Source: Sedimentisphaerales bacterium (GTDB lineage: Bacteria > Planctomycetota > Phycisphaerae > Sedimentisphaerales > Anaerobacaceae). From it: DNA of 64,000 nucleotides. The DNA lies in contig JAXGYC010000010.1 of the NCBI GenBank assembly GCA_040772485.1, positions 224,001 through 288,000 on the forward strand, written 5' to 3'. The notes beneath the pieces are model-generated. The model worked only from the letters and a program-made list of their open reading frames with translations, had not been told where the DNA came from and did not search any database. The position numbers were made by a program, and so were the translations under genes. Of the stretch, positions 25,723-35,310 are shown one piece after another; within the stretch, counting starts at the first letter, position 1, and each line of letters begins with the position of its first letter.

Positions 25723-28700
25723 ATGAAAACGCGCAATCCAGGCAAAATCATGGCGGTCGCAGCGGCGGTGCTGATCGTGGTCTCGGCGCTGGCATATACA
25801 CCGCCGTCGACAGCAGGACAGCAGACCGATCGGGCCACCGAACAGACCCGTCTTGCAGTGGATGGAACCCACCCGGCCGACGGGCTGCACTATGTCCCGG
25901 GCGAGATCCTCGTCAGACTCAAGGCCGCCGCGACGTCGGCCAGCGAGGAGACATCGCCACAGGATGACGCCCTGCTGCGCCTCGAGAGACGCCACCAGCT
26001 TGAGGTCTGCAAATCGGTCCTTCTCGACGCCGGGGCCAAGGCGAGATCCCGCGGACAGGCCAGACGGCCCTTCCACCTGCTCCGGACCGAAGGCGACGTT
26101 GAGGCGGTCTGCGCACAGCTTCGCAACGACCCGGACGTCGAGTCTGCCCAACCCAACTATGTGTACCATCCCTGCCGGGTGCCCAACGATCCCGATTTCG
26201 CCGACCAGTACGCACATCAGTTGATCCAGATGACCGATGCCTGGGACATCTCGACGGGCAGTCGTGACGTCGTGGTGGGGGTGCTGGGCACGGGCGTGGA
26301 TGTCAACCACCCCGACCTGAAAGACAACATCTGGCTGAACGACGATGAGATTCCCGGCAACGGCGTGGACGACGACAACAACGGCTACGTCGACGACGTC
26401 CACGGATGGAACTTCGAGAGTCAGAACAACCAGGTCATTCCCGAGTCGGTGATCTACGGCATCGAGGGACACGAGACGATGGTGGCCGGGGTCATCGCAG
26501 CGGTCGGCGACAACAACGAAGGCGTCTGCGGCGTCAACTGGCAGTGCAGCATCATGCCGCTGCGCGTCAGCCTCTACATCACCACGGCCGAGGTGGCCGA
26601 GAGTCTGAACTATGCGACGGCCAACCACGCTGACATTGTGAACATGAGCTTCGGCGCCGGCATCGACGAACCGGATTGGACGGACGACCCCATCATGCAG
26701 GAGGCAATCGATCACGCGTTCGCCGAAGGGGTCCTGCTGGTCGCCAGCGCGGGTAACTCGGCCACGGATGACGTGTACTATCCGGCGGCCTATTACAACG
26801 TCATGTCCGTCGCATCTACCGACGGAGAAGACGCCAAGACCGACCACAGCACGTTTGGATCCTGGGTGGACATCGCCGCTCCCGGAACGGACATCGTGAC
26901 CACCGATCTGAACGGCGAGTATATCGCCACCGCCGGAACATCGTTTTCGGCGCCGTATGTCGCGGCGGTCGCCGCACTGGTGCTGGCCCATGAGCCCAAC
27001 CTGATCCACGTCGAGCTTCGCGCGGTCCTGGAGAACACGACCGACCCCGTCTACTACGGCCTGGTCGATCCCGACCTTGGCTACATCGGGACCGGACGCG
27101 TCAACGCCTATGCCGCCCTCCAGGCAGCCGGCCAGAGACATCCCCTCGGCGAGATCGTCGCTCCCCGGCAGGCGGAGTCCTTCGCCGCCGACGTCAATGC
27201 CATCGACGTGCTACTGTTCGTCCACGGTGACAGCTATCGCCTCGAACACAGCACCTACGGCAACCACGACTGGACGCTCGTCGCCGAAGGCGCCGGCCCG
27301 ACCGATCCGAATGGATTCGTACGGCTCTCGCTGGCCGATCCCGGCGCCGGCACGTTTGAGCTGAGACTCGCTGTGATGACCGAGGGACAGACGCACCACG
27401 ACCGGAAAATCTTCGGCATCCGATGGGCGCCGGCGCAAACCCCATGGCCGGCGCCAAAGAATGTCGCCTATCCACCCGACGATCAGTTCTTCGGTGGACC
27501 GATCTGCATGGACGTGGACGGTGATGGACGCAACGAAATCGTTCAGTCCTCCATCTCCTGGGCCAACTTCGACGGCATCCCCCGGCTGTCCGTCTGGCGC
27601 GAGGACGGCACGGCCCTGCCGGGCTGGCCTCAGGAACTGTCCTTCGCCTACGACCCGCCCTACTGCGCGGTCGGTGACATCGACGGCGACGGGGATTACG
27701 AGATTGTCGGAACGTGCAATTACGACGGGATCGTCTGCGCCTGGCACGCCGAGAGCGGCGAATGGGTGGATGGCTGGCCGAAGGCACTGGGCGGCTGGTA
27801 CTACAGCATCGTCGGCTATCCGGTGCTGGCGGATCTGGATGGAGACGGCGACAGCGAAATCCTCGTCGGCCTCAATGCGGACCCGGGTGACATGGACGGT
27901 CTCTACGCCTTTCAGGCCGACGGCACTTCGCTCTGGCAGCGACGCTACGCCTGCGAAGGCGCCATCAGCGTGGCCGACTTCGATCGGGATGGCGACGTGG
28001 AAATCGCCGTGTGCGGCTACGGTCCCGGCGTCAGCAACATCTACGCGCACATTCTCGATCACCAGGGCCAGCTCGTCAAGAAGTGGCGAGGCGGCAGCGG
28101 CAAGGGAACCGCCATCGCCGATCTGGAAGGCGACGGGCAGCCCGAACTGGTCTTCTGTGTCGAGGACGGCGTGCAGGCCGTCAGCGTCGACGGGAGCACC
28201 ATCTGGAAGACCCGGCTCAGCGATCCGTTCGACACCGAGGGCTCGCTGAGTATCGCAGACATCGACAACGACGGACGCAGCGAAGTCTATGTCAACAGCT
28301 ACGTGGAGTCCGACGGCTACTCGTTCACGCAGGTCTACGCCCTGGATCATCAGGGCCGGCAGATGACGCAGACCGGGTTCCCGAAGACCGTCATGGGCGA
28401 TCCCGGCGACAGCGCGCCTCTGATCGCCGACATCGACGGGGACGGCCAGAAGGAGACCCTGGTCGGCGCGGCGGGCACGCCGCTGATCGCCTGGGAGGCA
28501 GACGGCTCAACCGTGACGGGATTCCCCATGCTGACCCTGCCGACCGAAGTCTACTGCACAGCCGCGATCAGCGACCTCGATCAGGACGGCGACATCGAGA
28601 TTCTGGTCGGCGGCTACGACTATCGGTTCCACGTCGTGGATATGCCGGGTCAACACAATCCCGACGCGACCGACTGGGGGACCGCAAGGCATGACCCGCA

Positions 28701-29499
28701 GAACTCCGCATGGACTTCGAAGGCCCTCACGCTCGAGCTGGACACCGCACCGGAGCAGATCCAGCCGGGACAGCGCCTGCTCCTGGCGCTGCACGCCACG
28801 AACCCGGACAATCGGCCACTGCGCTTCGTGGTCGGCAATCTGCCGGAGGGCGCCTATTTCGATCCCAATGCACTGACGGTTTCCTGGAAACCCACGACGG
28901 ATCAGGTCTTCCACACCTACCGTTTTTCCTTCCTGGTCACCGACGGCATCCACCAGACCAGCCGCAGCGTCTCGGTTGCCGTGGCGCCCGACGCAATCTG
29001 CTCGGCCAACATGGACTCCGATCCCGCCTGGCAGCTTGACGGAGGATGGACTTGGGGCACACCGGCCGGAAACGGTTCGTGGAACGGGGATCCTGCCTCC
29101 GGCCGCACCGGACAGAGCGTGATCGGGTACGCCCTCGATGGAGACTATGAGGACGGGATGGTGGAGACGCGTTACGCAACGATGGGTCCGATCAATTGCG
29201 AAGGCTACGCCAACATCCGACTGGGCTTCTGGCGATGGCTCGGGATCGAGGCGCCGTATGACGACGCGTGCGTCCAGGTCTCTAATGACGGCGCCAATTG
29301 GACCGACCTCTGGACGGCCGGCAACTCCCATGTCTCCGACGAATCGTGGCGATTCATGGAATACCTCGTGCCTGCCTCGATCGGTGACGGCCAACCAACG
29401 CTCTATTTCCGATGGGGCATCGGTCCGACCGATGAATCGGTCACCTACGCCGGCTGGAATATTGACGACGTCCAGGTGACCGGAGACGTCATTCAGTAA
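25723..29499 (+). CDS. Secreted S8 subtilase-family protein with FG-GAP/VCBS repeats, a cadherin/Ig-like domain and a C-terminal jelly-roll domain; atypical catalytic triad
   Basis: Signal peptide, propeptide (YVPGEILV, VESAQPNY), PNDP, IPGNGVDDDNNGYVDDVHGWNF, ASAGN, GTSFSAP and several DxDGDG repeats. RBS GGAGG before ATG 25723. Confidence 0.92.
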   Translation: MKTRNPGKIMAVAAAVLIVVSALAYTPPSTAGQQTDRATEQTRLAVDGTHPADGLHYVPGEILVRLKAAATSASEETSPQDDALLRLERRHQLEVCKSVLLDAGAKARSRGQARRPFHLLRTEGDVEAVCAQLRNDPDVESAQPNYVYHPCRVPNDPDFADQYAHQLIQMTDAWDISTGSRDVVVGVLGTGVDVNHPDLKDNIWLNDDEIPGNGVDDDNNGYVDDVHGWNFESQNNQVIPESVIYGIEGHETMVAGVIAAVGDNNEGVCGVNWQCSIMPLRVSLYITTAEVAESLNYATANHADIVNMSFGAGIDEPDWTDDPIMQEAIDHAFAEGVLLVASAGNSATDDVYYPAAYYNVMSVASTDGEDAKTDHSTFGSWVDIAAPGTDIVTTDLNGEYIATAGTSFSAPYVAAVAALVLAHEPNLIHVELRAVLENTTDPVYYGLVDPDLGYIGTGRVNAYAALQAAGQRHPLGEIVAPRQAESFAADVNAIDVLLFVHGDSYRLEHSTYGNHDWTLVAEGAGPTDPNGFVRLSLADPGAGTFELRLAVMTEGQTHHDRKIFGIRWAPAQTPWPAPKNVAYPPDDQFFGGPICMDVDGDGRNEIVQSSISWANFDGIPRLSVWREDGTALPGWPQELSFAYDPPYCAVGDIDGDGDYEIVGTCNYDGIVCAWHAESGEWVDGWPKALGGWYYSIVGYPVLADLDGDGDSEILVGLNADPGDMDGLYAFQADGTSLWQRRYACEGAISVADFDRDGDVEIAVCGYGPGVSNIYAHILDHQGQLVKKWRGGSGKGTAIADLEGDGQPELVFCVEDGVQAVSVDGSTIWKTRLSDPFDTEGSLSIADIDNDGRSEVYVNSYVESDGYSFTQVYALDHQGRQMTQTGFPKTVMGDPGDSAPLIADIDGDGQKETLVGAAGTPLIAWEADGSTVTGFPMLTLPTEVYCTAAISDLDQDGDIEILVGGYDYRFHVVDMPGQHNPDATDWGTARHDPQNSAWTSKALTLELDTAPEQIQPGQRLLLALHATNPDNRPLRFVVGNLPEGAYFDPNALTVSWKPTTDQVFHTYRFSFLVTDGIHQTSRSVSVAVAPDAICSANMDSDPAWQLDGGWTWGTPAGNGSWNGDPASGRTGQSVIGYALDGDYEDGMVETRYATMGPINCEGYANIRLGFWRWLGIEAPYDDACVQVSNDGANWTDLWTAGNSHVSDESWRFMEYLVPASIGDGQPTLYFRWGIGPTDESVTYAGWNIDDVQVTGDVIQ

Positions 29500-29527
29500 C
29501 CACAGCTTCCCTGTCGAAGGCATATCG

Positions 29528-29563
29528 AACCCTGCCCTCCCTCGATAGAGCGGGCAGGGTTTT
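29528..29563 (+). terminator. Intrinsic terminator of the S8 gene
   Basis: aaccctgccc pairs with gggcagggtt and runs into a T tract. Confidence 0.75.
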
Positions 29564-29739
29564 CTCTTGCGCATGGGGATCGCCGGACAGGAGAAAAACC
29601 GCGTTACGGCCACCGCGAGGTTCGGCACTACCGTTGTAGAGGGCAAAGAAGCAGCCCCTCTCACGGGGATCGGGACGGTCCATCGGGAGTGGAACACAGT
29701 ATGGAGTGATCTCCGAACCCTCCGGAGTTACATCGCGAC

Positions 29740-29772
29740 CGAGGCCGCGGGGTGCGACAACTCGCGGCCTCG
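29740..29772. terminator. Hairpin at the 3' end of the RND gene
   Basis: cgaggccgcg pairs with cgcggcctcg, 14 nt beyond the RND stop. Confidence 0.6.
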
Positions 29773-29786
29773 TCTCTTTGCGCGCA

Positions 29787-32700
29787 TCACGACGGCCAGG
29801 CGCCGGCCACCTCGGACTTGGGCGTGTCGGAGGTCTGGTCGGCGTGAGCGCGCCCGAAGCCCAGCCATAGAGACAGGCGACTGAGCATCACGTACAGCGA
29901 CGGAACCACCACCAGCGTCAGGAGCGTGGCGAAGCCCAGGCCGAAGATGACGACCACCGCCATGTTGCGCCACCATTGGGCCGATTCGCTCTTGGTGGCC
30001 CATGTGAAGGTATGGAAGTCGTACGAGACGCCGACTGCCATGGGGATCAGTCCGATGATCGTGGTCATGGCCGTCAGCATTACGGGCCGCAGACGGGTGA
30101 CGCCCGCCGTGGAGGCCGCCTCGATCAGGCCCATACCCTCCCTCTGCAACTGCTGCGTGTAGGCCAGCAGCACGATCGCGTTGTTGACCACCACGCCCGC
30201 CAGACTGATGATGCCGATTCCCGTCATGATGATCCCGAAGGGCAGGCCGCAGACCAGCAGTCCGATCAGCGCGCCGATCAGAGACAGCACCACGGTCGTC
30301 ATGATGATGAACGGCACCATGAGCGAATTGAACTGAATCACCAGGACCATCACCACCAGCAGCAGCGCAATGGCGAAGGCCTTGGACAGGAACGCCTGCG
30401 CCTTGTCCTGCTCTTCTTTCTCGCCGGCATAGCGAATCTCGTAGCCCAGCGGCAGTTCGATCGACGCAAGCGTTTTCTGCACGTCGGCGAGGACTTCCGA
30501 GCCGAGACGGCCTTCGGCGTCGGCGGTAAGTGTGACGACGCGTTTCTGGTCGACGCGATTGATCGTTCCGAAACCGCCTCGGTAGGTGAACGTGCCCAGA
30601 GAGCTGACCGGTACTGCCTCGCCGGCCGTATTGGGGACCTGAAGGCGATACAAATCGTCGACCTTCGTGCGGTCCTCCACGGGCAGGCGCACCGTAATAT
30701 CGTATTCCTCGTTGTACTCCCGGTAGGTGCCGACCTTGCTGCCGAACACCGCCATCTTGAGGAAGTTGCCCACGGTGGCGGTATTGACGCCCAGGAGCAT
30801 CGCCACGCGACGGTCTGCGGTGAAGGCCAGTTCCGGGCGTGCCCCTTCGAAATCGCTGCGCAGGTTCACGACGTTGGGCACCGCCGCAATCAGACGCCGG
30901 GCCTGCTCGCTAAGCCGCTCGAGCGTCTTGAAGTCTTCACCCATGACACGGACCGTGACGGGCGCTCCGCTCGGGGGTCCCATTTCCTCCTTCTCGACCT
31001 TGATCTCCGTACCCGGAATGTCGGCAATCGCCTGACGAATCTCCACGAGGACTTCGTTGGACGGCCTCGTCCGCTCGACGAAATCGTGGAACACCAGAGT
31101 GACACCGGTCAGGTGGGACCCGCCCGCGCTGGCCACCAGGCCCATGTTGGTCCCTCCCGCCGATCCGACGTTTGTGATGACGTGCTTGAGCCAGGGCCTG
31201 TACGGTTCGAGCCGCTCCTCGATCAGACGGGCGATTCGGTCGGTCTCGTGGATGTTCGTCCCCTGCGGTGCACGAATGTCGATGACGGCGCGTTCGGGGT
31301 CACCTTCCGGGAAGAACTCGGTCCCCTTGCCGATCTTGGCGTAGAGGATTCCCAGGCCGACCAGCAGGCAGAACGCCAGGAACAGGGTCAGGCCGGGATT
31401 GTACAGTCCCGCCTCCTGGACGCGACGATACATGCGCAGGGACCAGTGGTCCTTCTGATGGGGTCTGGGCGCCCGGCCCGCCCAGATCGAGCAGATCACC
31501 GGGTTGAACACCAGACCGACGAACAGGGAAGCCAGAAGGCCCAGTGTCAGCGTGATGGGCAGGTACTTCATGAAGTCGCCCATGACGCCCGGCCAGAACA
31601 TCATCGGGAAGAACGCGCAGACGGTAGTCAGGGTCGACGTCGTCACCGGCCAAGCCACCTCACGGGCCCCGAGAATCGATGCCTCGGTCAAGCCATAGCC
31701 GAGTTGAAGGTGCCGATAGATGTTTTCCACGATCACGATCGCATTGTCCACCAGCATGCCCAGGACCAGAATCAGGCTGAACAGGACGATCATGTTCAGG
31801 GTGTAGCCCAGGGCCTGGACCAGGAAGAAGGTGATGAGCATGCTCAGTGGGATGATCATCGCCACGATGGTGCTCGGACGCCAGCCGAGAAACAGCAGCA
31901 GAACCAGCGTCACCAGGATCAAGGCAGAGATGATGTTGTTCTCGAGGTCGGCCACCGTGTCACGAACCATCTCCGACATATCGTAGGTGATGTCGAACTT
32001 CAGGGCCGAGGGAACACGCTTCTGCGCTTCGGCGATCACCGCCTTGATGCGATCGGAGATCTGCACCGCGTTGGCGCCGACGCGCTTGCTGACGCTCAGC
32101 GTGATCGTGTCCGCGCCGTTGAGTCGCGAGAAGCTGGTCCGGTCCTTGAACGTATATCGCACCGTCGCGACATCGGCCAGGTAGATGGGGACGCCGTCGC
32201 GAGCGGTCAGCATCAGATGGTCCACCTCTTCCGGCGTCACGAACTCGGCGGGGATGCGCACGTTGAACTTCGTGCCCGGAGTCTCGAGCCCTCCGGCGGA
32301 GATATTGACGTTCTCCGACGGAATCAGCGCCAGGATCTCGGGGATGGTCAGGTTGTACTTGGCCAGGCGGTCGGGATCGAACTCCAGGCGAATCTCCCGT
32401 TCGAGATCGCCGGCCATCTCGACCTTCAGGACACCCGGCGTCGCTTCCAGCACGTCCTGCACGTCGTCGGCGATCTCCTTGAGCAGCACGGGCGAAACAT
32501 CGCCCGACAGACTGATCAACATGATCGGCAACTCGGCGAAGTTGATCTCTTTGATGATCGGCTCTTCCGCGTCCTGAGGCAGTTCCCCCTTCGCCATGTC
32601 CACACGGTCGCGCACCCGCTGCAACGCGACCTCGCTGGGCACATCCGGGTCGAATTCGACGCTGATCAGCGACATGCCCTCGGCGCTGCTGGAGGTAATC

Positions 32701-32936
32701 TCTTCAACGCCGCGAATCCCGTTGAGTTCCTTCTCGATCTTCATCGTGACGGACGTCTCAATGTCCTCGGGCGAGACCCCCTCGTACATGGTCGTCACCA
32801 TGATATAGGGAATGGGAATGTCCGGAGCCGCCTCGCGCGGCAGCGAGACATAGCTGGTGGCGCCCAGCAGAACGATGATCAAGCCCAGGACGGCGACAGT
32901 GGTCCGGTTTCGAATCGCGGCATCGGTGAGGAGCAT
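29787..32936 (-). CDS. RND-family efflux permease (AcrB/AcrD/AcrF-like)
   Basis: 1049 aa with LPREAAPDI, GMLVDNAIVIVENI, GVVVNNAIVL and RLRPVMLTAMTT. Confidence 0.96.
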   Translation of the reverse strand: MLLTDAAIRNRTTVAVLGLIIVLLGATSYVSLPREAAPDIPIPYIMVTTMYEGVSPEDIETSVTMKIEKELNGIRGVEEITSSSAEGMSLISVEFDPDVPSEVALQRVRDRVDMAKGELPQDAEEPIIKEINFAELPIMLISLSGDVSPVLLKEIADDVQDVLEATPGVLKVEMAGDLEREIRLEFDPDRLAKYNLTIPEILALIPSENVNISAGGLETPGTKFNVRIPAEFVTPEEVDHLMLTARDGVPIYLADVATVRYTFKDRTSFSRLNGADTITLSVSKRVGANAVQISDRIKAVIAEAQKRVPSALKFDITYDMSEMVRDTVADLENNIISALILVTLVLLLFLGWRPSTIVAMIIPLSMLITFFLVQALGYTLNMIVLFSLILVLGMLVDNAIVIVENIYRHLQLGYGLTEASILGAREVAWPVTTSTLTTVCAFFPMMFWPGVMGDFMKYLPITLTLGLLASLFVGLVFNPVICSIWAGRAPRPHQKDHWSLRMYRRVQEAGLYNPGLTLFLAFCLLVGLGILYAKIGKGTEFFPEGDPERAVIDIRAPQGTNIHETDRIARLIEERLEPYRPWLKHVITNVGSAGGTNMGLVASAGGSHLTGVTLVFHDFVERTRPSNEVLVEIRQAIADIPGTEIKVEKEEMGPPSGAPVTVRVMGEDFKTLERLSEQARRLIAAVPNVVNLRSDFEGARPELAFTADRRVAMLLGVNTATVGNFLKMAVFGSKVGTYREYNEEYDITVRLPVEDRTKVDDLYRLQVPNTAGEAVPVSSLGTFTYRGGFGTINRVDQKRVVTLTADAEGRLGSEVLADVQKTLASIELPLGYEIRYAGEKEEQDKAQAFLSKAFAIALLLVVMVLVIQFNSLMVPFIIMTTVVLSLIGALIGLLVCGLPFGIIMTGIGIISLAGVVVNNAIVLLAYTQQLQREGMGLIEAASTAGVTRLRPVMLTAMTTIIGLIPMAVGVSYDFHTFTWATKSESAQWWRNMAVVVIFGLGFATLLTLVVVPSLYVMLSRLSLWLGFGRAHADQTSDTPKSEVAGAWPS

Positions 32937-32941
32937 GGCGT

Positions 32942-34054
32942 CTACTTCGTCTCCGACTGGACATTGACGTTCTGGCCCGGGGCAACAAAACGGTGCCCGG
33001 CCACGATCAGCTTGTCGCCGGGCTTCAACCCGCTGACGATCTGGATCTGGTCGCCCTGGATGACGCCGAGTTGAACGTCGCGCCGCTTGGCCTGTGAACC
33101 CTCAACCACGTAGACCGCGTAGCCGTCCTCCAGGGGAATCACCGCCAGTAGCGGAATCAGGATGGCGTCCTTCATGACGCGACGCGTCAGGCGCACGCGG
33201 ACGATCTGGCCGCTCCGCAGCAGCCCCTGACGGTTGTCCAACGCGATCTCGACCGGCGTCGATCGCGTCTGCCGGTTGGCCAGTTGGCTGATGTAGGTGA
33301 CCTTGCCCGCGACGGATTTCTCACAGCCCTTGACGGTCGCCAGGACCTCCGCCTCCCGTCCTACGGAGAAGAACGCGATATCCTTTTCCGGGATGTCCAC
33401 GACGACCTTGACGGTGTCGATCTCCACGATCTCCGCCACTGGCGTGCCGGGCGAGACATATTCGCCCTCCTCGACGGGCAGATCGTTGAGCACCCCGTTG
33501 ACGGGCGAGAGAACATGCGTTCGGTCCAGGCGAGCGCGAGCCTCCTCGAACGCCGCCTTGCTGGCCGCCAACTGCGAAACGGCATTGTCCAGATCCTGCT
33601 GCGGCGCCGCGTCTTCCTTCACCAGCGTCGTCATCCGCTCGTATTCGATCTGATCGCGTTTGTATTTGGCCTCGGCGGTTGCGAACTGAGGCTGAATGAG
33701 ATCCGTCTTGAGCTGGACGAGCAGATCGCCCCGCCGCACCGCGTCGCCCTCCTTCGGCAGAATACGTGCAATGGCCGCCGCCTCTTCCGCTGATACGGTC
33801 ACCACGCGATTGGGCTCGATCACGGCGGGAAGGATGAACGTGTCCGCCAGCGTCCCCTCCGGAACGATTTCCATCACGGAGACGTTCACCGGGGGCGCCT
33901 CCGTGGGCGAAGCCTCCTTGCTCGGCTGCGGCATCATGGCGATGGCAACCACCGCCCCCACCGCAACAAGGGCGATCACTGTCTTGGTCGCAATCCGCCG
34001 AAAGCGACCGCGACTCTCCTTAGACCCCTGGCTCTTCTGCGATTTGTCGCTCAT
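32942..34054 (-). CDS. RND efflux periplasmic adaptor (MFP)
   Basis: N-terminal TM, lipoyl-like halves (KEGDAVRRGD, SPVNG..VEEGEYVSPG) and GLKPGDKLIVAG. Confidence 0.94.
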   Translation of the reverse strand: MSDKSQKSQGSKESRGRFRRIATKTVIALVAVGAVVAIAMMPQPSKEASPTEAPPVNVSVMEIVPEGTLADTFILPAVIEPNRVVTVSAEEAAAIARILPKEGDAVRRGDLLVQLKTDLIQPQFATAEAKYKRDQIEYERMTTLVKEDAAPQQDLDNAVSQLAASKAAFEEARARLDRTHVLSPVNGVLNDLPVEEGEYVSPGTPVAEIVEIDTVKVVVDIPEKDIAFFSVGREAEVLATVKGCEKSVAGKVTYISQLANRQTRSTPVEIALDNRQGLLRSGQIVRVRLTRRVMKDAILIPLLAVIPLEDGYAVYVVEGSQAKRRDVQLGVIQGDQIQIVSGLKPGDKLIVAGHRFVAPGQNVNVQSETK

Positions 34055-34122
34055 GAACTCTACCCGTCTCTTGGCAACAGGAACAGCTACCCGCGTCCCG
34101 GGCTGTGCCAGCCAAGCCTCTT

Positions 34123-34151
34123 ACTATAGTTCTGCGTCTACCCTTACGCAA
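34123..34151 (-). promoter_or_regulatory. Proximal sigma70-type promoter of the MFP-RND operon
   Basis: TTGCGT-N17-TATAGT, ~70 nt upstream of the ATG. Confidence 0.6.
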
Positions 34152-34204
34152 GGTCCGCGATCGAAAGCCTCATTGGAGCCCAGCCAATGCGTGAAAACCG
34201 GCAC

Positions 34205-34337
34205 AAAAAGAGCAAGGCATTCCGCACTCTTCTCACAACCATCAGTAGCATCCAGGCCCGGCGTAAACGCCGGACCGCTGGACCCTGATATCACAGTCGC
34301 AATCAGGCCGCCAATGGTTGCGAAAACACTCGTTTAA
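34205..34337 (-). ncRNA. Candidate structured small RNA or attenuator leader (three-way junction plus intrinsic terminator)
   Basis: Promoter upstream. P1 cgcaaccattggcggc/gctactgatggttgtg, P2 ctgat..atcag, P3 gtcca..ggtccggcg-ttta-cgccgggcc-tggat, then terminator aagagtgcggaatgccttgctcttttt. I recognise no known RNA family. Confidence 0.55.
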
Positions 34338-34371
34338 TACGATAGTTTAAAACATCTGTTTAACAAGTCAA
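34324..34371 (-). promoter_or_regulatory. Sigma70-type promoter overlapped by three tandem 13-bp palindromic operator-like sites
   Basis: TTGACT-N16-TAAACT with units TAAACAGATGTTT, TAAACTATCGTAT and TAAACGAGTGTTT. Confidence 0.7.
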
Positions 34372-34442
34372 GCCGCTCGTCCTGGGAAATCGCCGAAAAA
34401 AGTGTGACCCGCAAGGCGATTCGCCGTCCGGCGACGCGTAGC

Positions 34443-34471
34443 TTGACCGTCTGGGTCGATTTCGGTACTAT
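34443..34471 (+). promoter_or_regulatory. Sigma70-type promoter
   Basis: TTGACC-N17-TACTAT upstream of ATG 34549. Confidence 0.65.
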
Positions 34472-34548
34472 GCCCCGGACGGTGTCATGGCGAGCCAGCA
34501 CGGCCGGCGTGCCCCGTCCCAACGCTAACAGACAGAAGGAGTGGTCGC

Positions 34549-35286
34549 ATGCCCCAGGAAGAGCAGGTAATGGTTGTCGAACGGAGTGTCTTTGATGAGG
34601 TGGGTAGCTTTCACGGCCTGAATTTCGACGTCGAGAAGTATCTCGACGCCCTTTTCGCCCAAGGGGTGCCGCGTTTCATGCCGAGACCCCAAGCAGAGAA
34701 GGACCCCTCCTTCAAGCAACTAGTCGCGTATGTCATCATGACCTGTGAGGGCAAGTGCCTCACTTACGTCCGGGGCAAGCGGGCCGGCGAGACCCGCCTC
34801 GTCGGGAACCGGTCCATCGGAATCGGAGGACACATCAATCCCGTGGACTGGACGCTGTTCAGCGCCGATTTCTACAAGACGTACTGCGAAGCCGTCGAGC
34901 GAGAAGTCAGTGAAGAGGTCTGCGTCGAGGCTGGTCACACCGACCACGTGGTTGCCCTGCTCAACGATGATTCCAATGAGGTCGGCCAGGTTCACCTCGG
35001 GATCGTACACTGCTGGGTCCTCGATACACCGAACGTCACCAAGCGCGAGCAGATGATCACACAGATGGACTTTCTGACCATCGAGCAGTTGCAGGCGGTG
35101 CGCGACACCATGGAGACCTGGTCGCAACTGTGCCTCGATGGCCTGCCGCAGGTGATGAGCCGCCTGGAACTGGCAACGCATCCCAAGACCACGCAAGATG
35201 TCCATGTTGACATCATCGGTATCGACTCAAGACCAGCAGGCAAACACCATTCCAAAGCGGAAGATCACCCGACCCCATCGCGGTAG
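34549..35286 (+). CDS. NUDIX-fold phosphoesterase (YmaB/COG4112-like)
   Basis: AEKDPSFKQLVAY, SIGIGGHINPVD, REVSEE, NDDSNEVGQVHLG and METWS. Confidence 0.85.
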   Translation: MPQEEQVMVVERSVFDEVGSFHGLNFDVEKYLDALFAQGVPRFMPRPQAEKDPSFKQLVAYVIMTCEGKCLTYVRGKRAGETRLVGNRSIGIGGHINPVDWTLFSADFYKTYCEAVEREVSEEVCVEAGHTDHVVALLNDDSNEVGQVHLGIVHCWVLDTPNVTKREQMITQMDFLTIEQLQAVRDTMETWSQLCLDGLPQVMSRLELATHPKTTQDVHVDIIGIDSRPAGKHHSKAEDHPTPSR

Positions 35287-35310
35287 CAGGCTTCTTACGA
35301 AAGGTGGACC

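Noticed and set aside
27500..28600. Recurring gacatcgacggcgacgg-like DNA repeats
   Set aside because: Explained by in-frame DxDGDG FG-GAP protein repeats.
29976..33074. 1032-aa plus-strand ORF, and similar long antisense ORFs such as 1883..3889, 8409..10625, 49998..51779 and 59650..61515
   Set aside because: Antisense to well-supported genes; long stop-free antisense frames are expected in high-GC coding DNA.
34120..34294. Short minus-strand ORF (VISGSSGP...) across the candidate RNA, as a leader peptide or TetR remnant
   Set aside because: No RBS, no HTH similarity, and it runs through a terminator and the second promoter.
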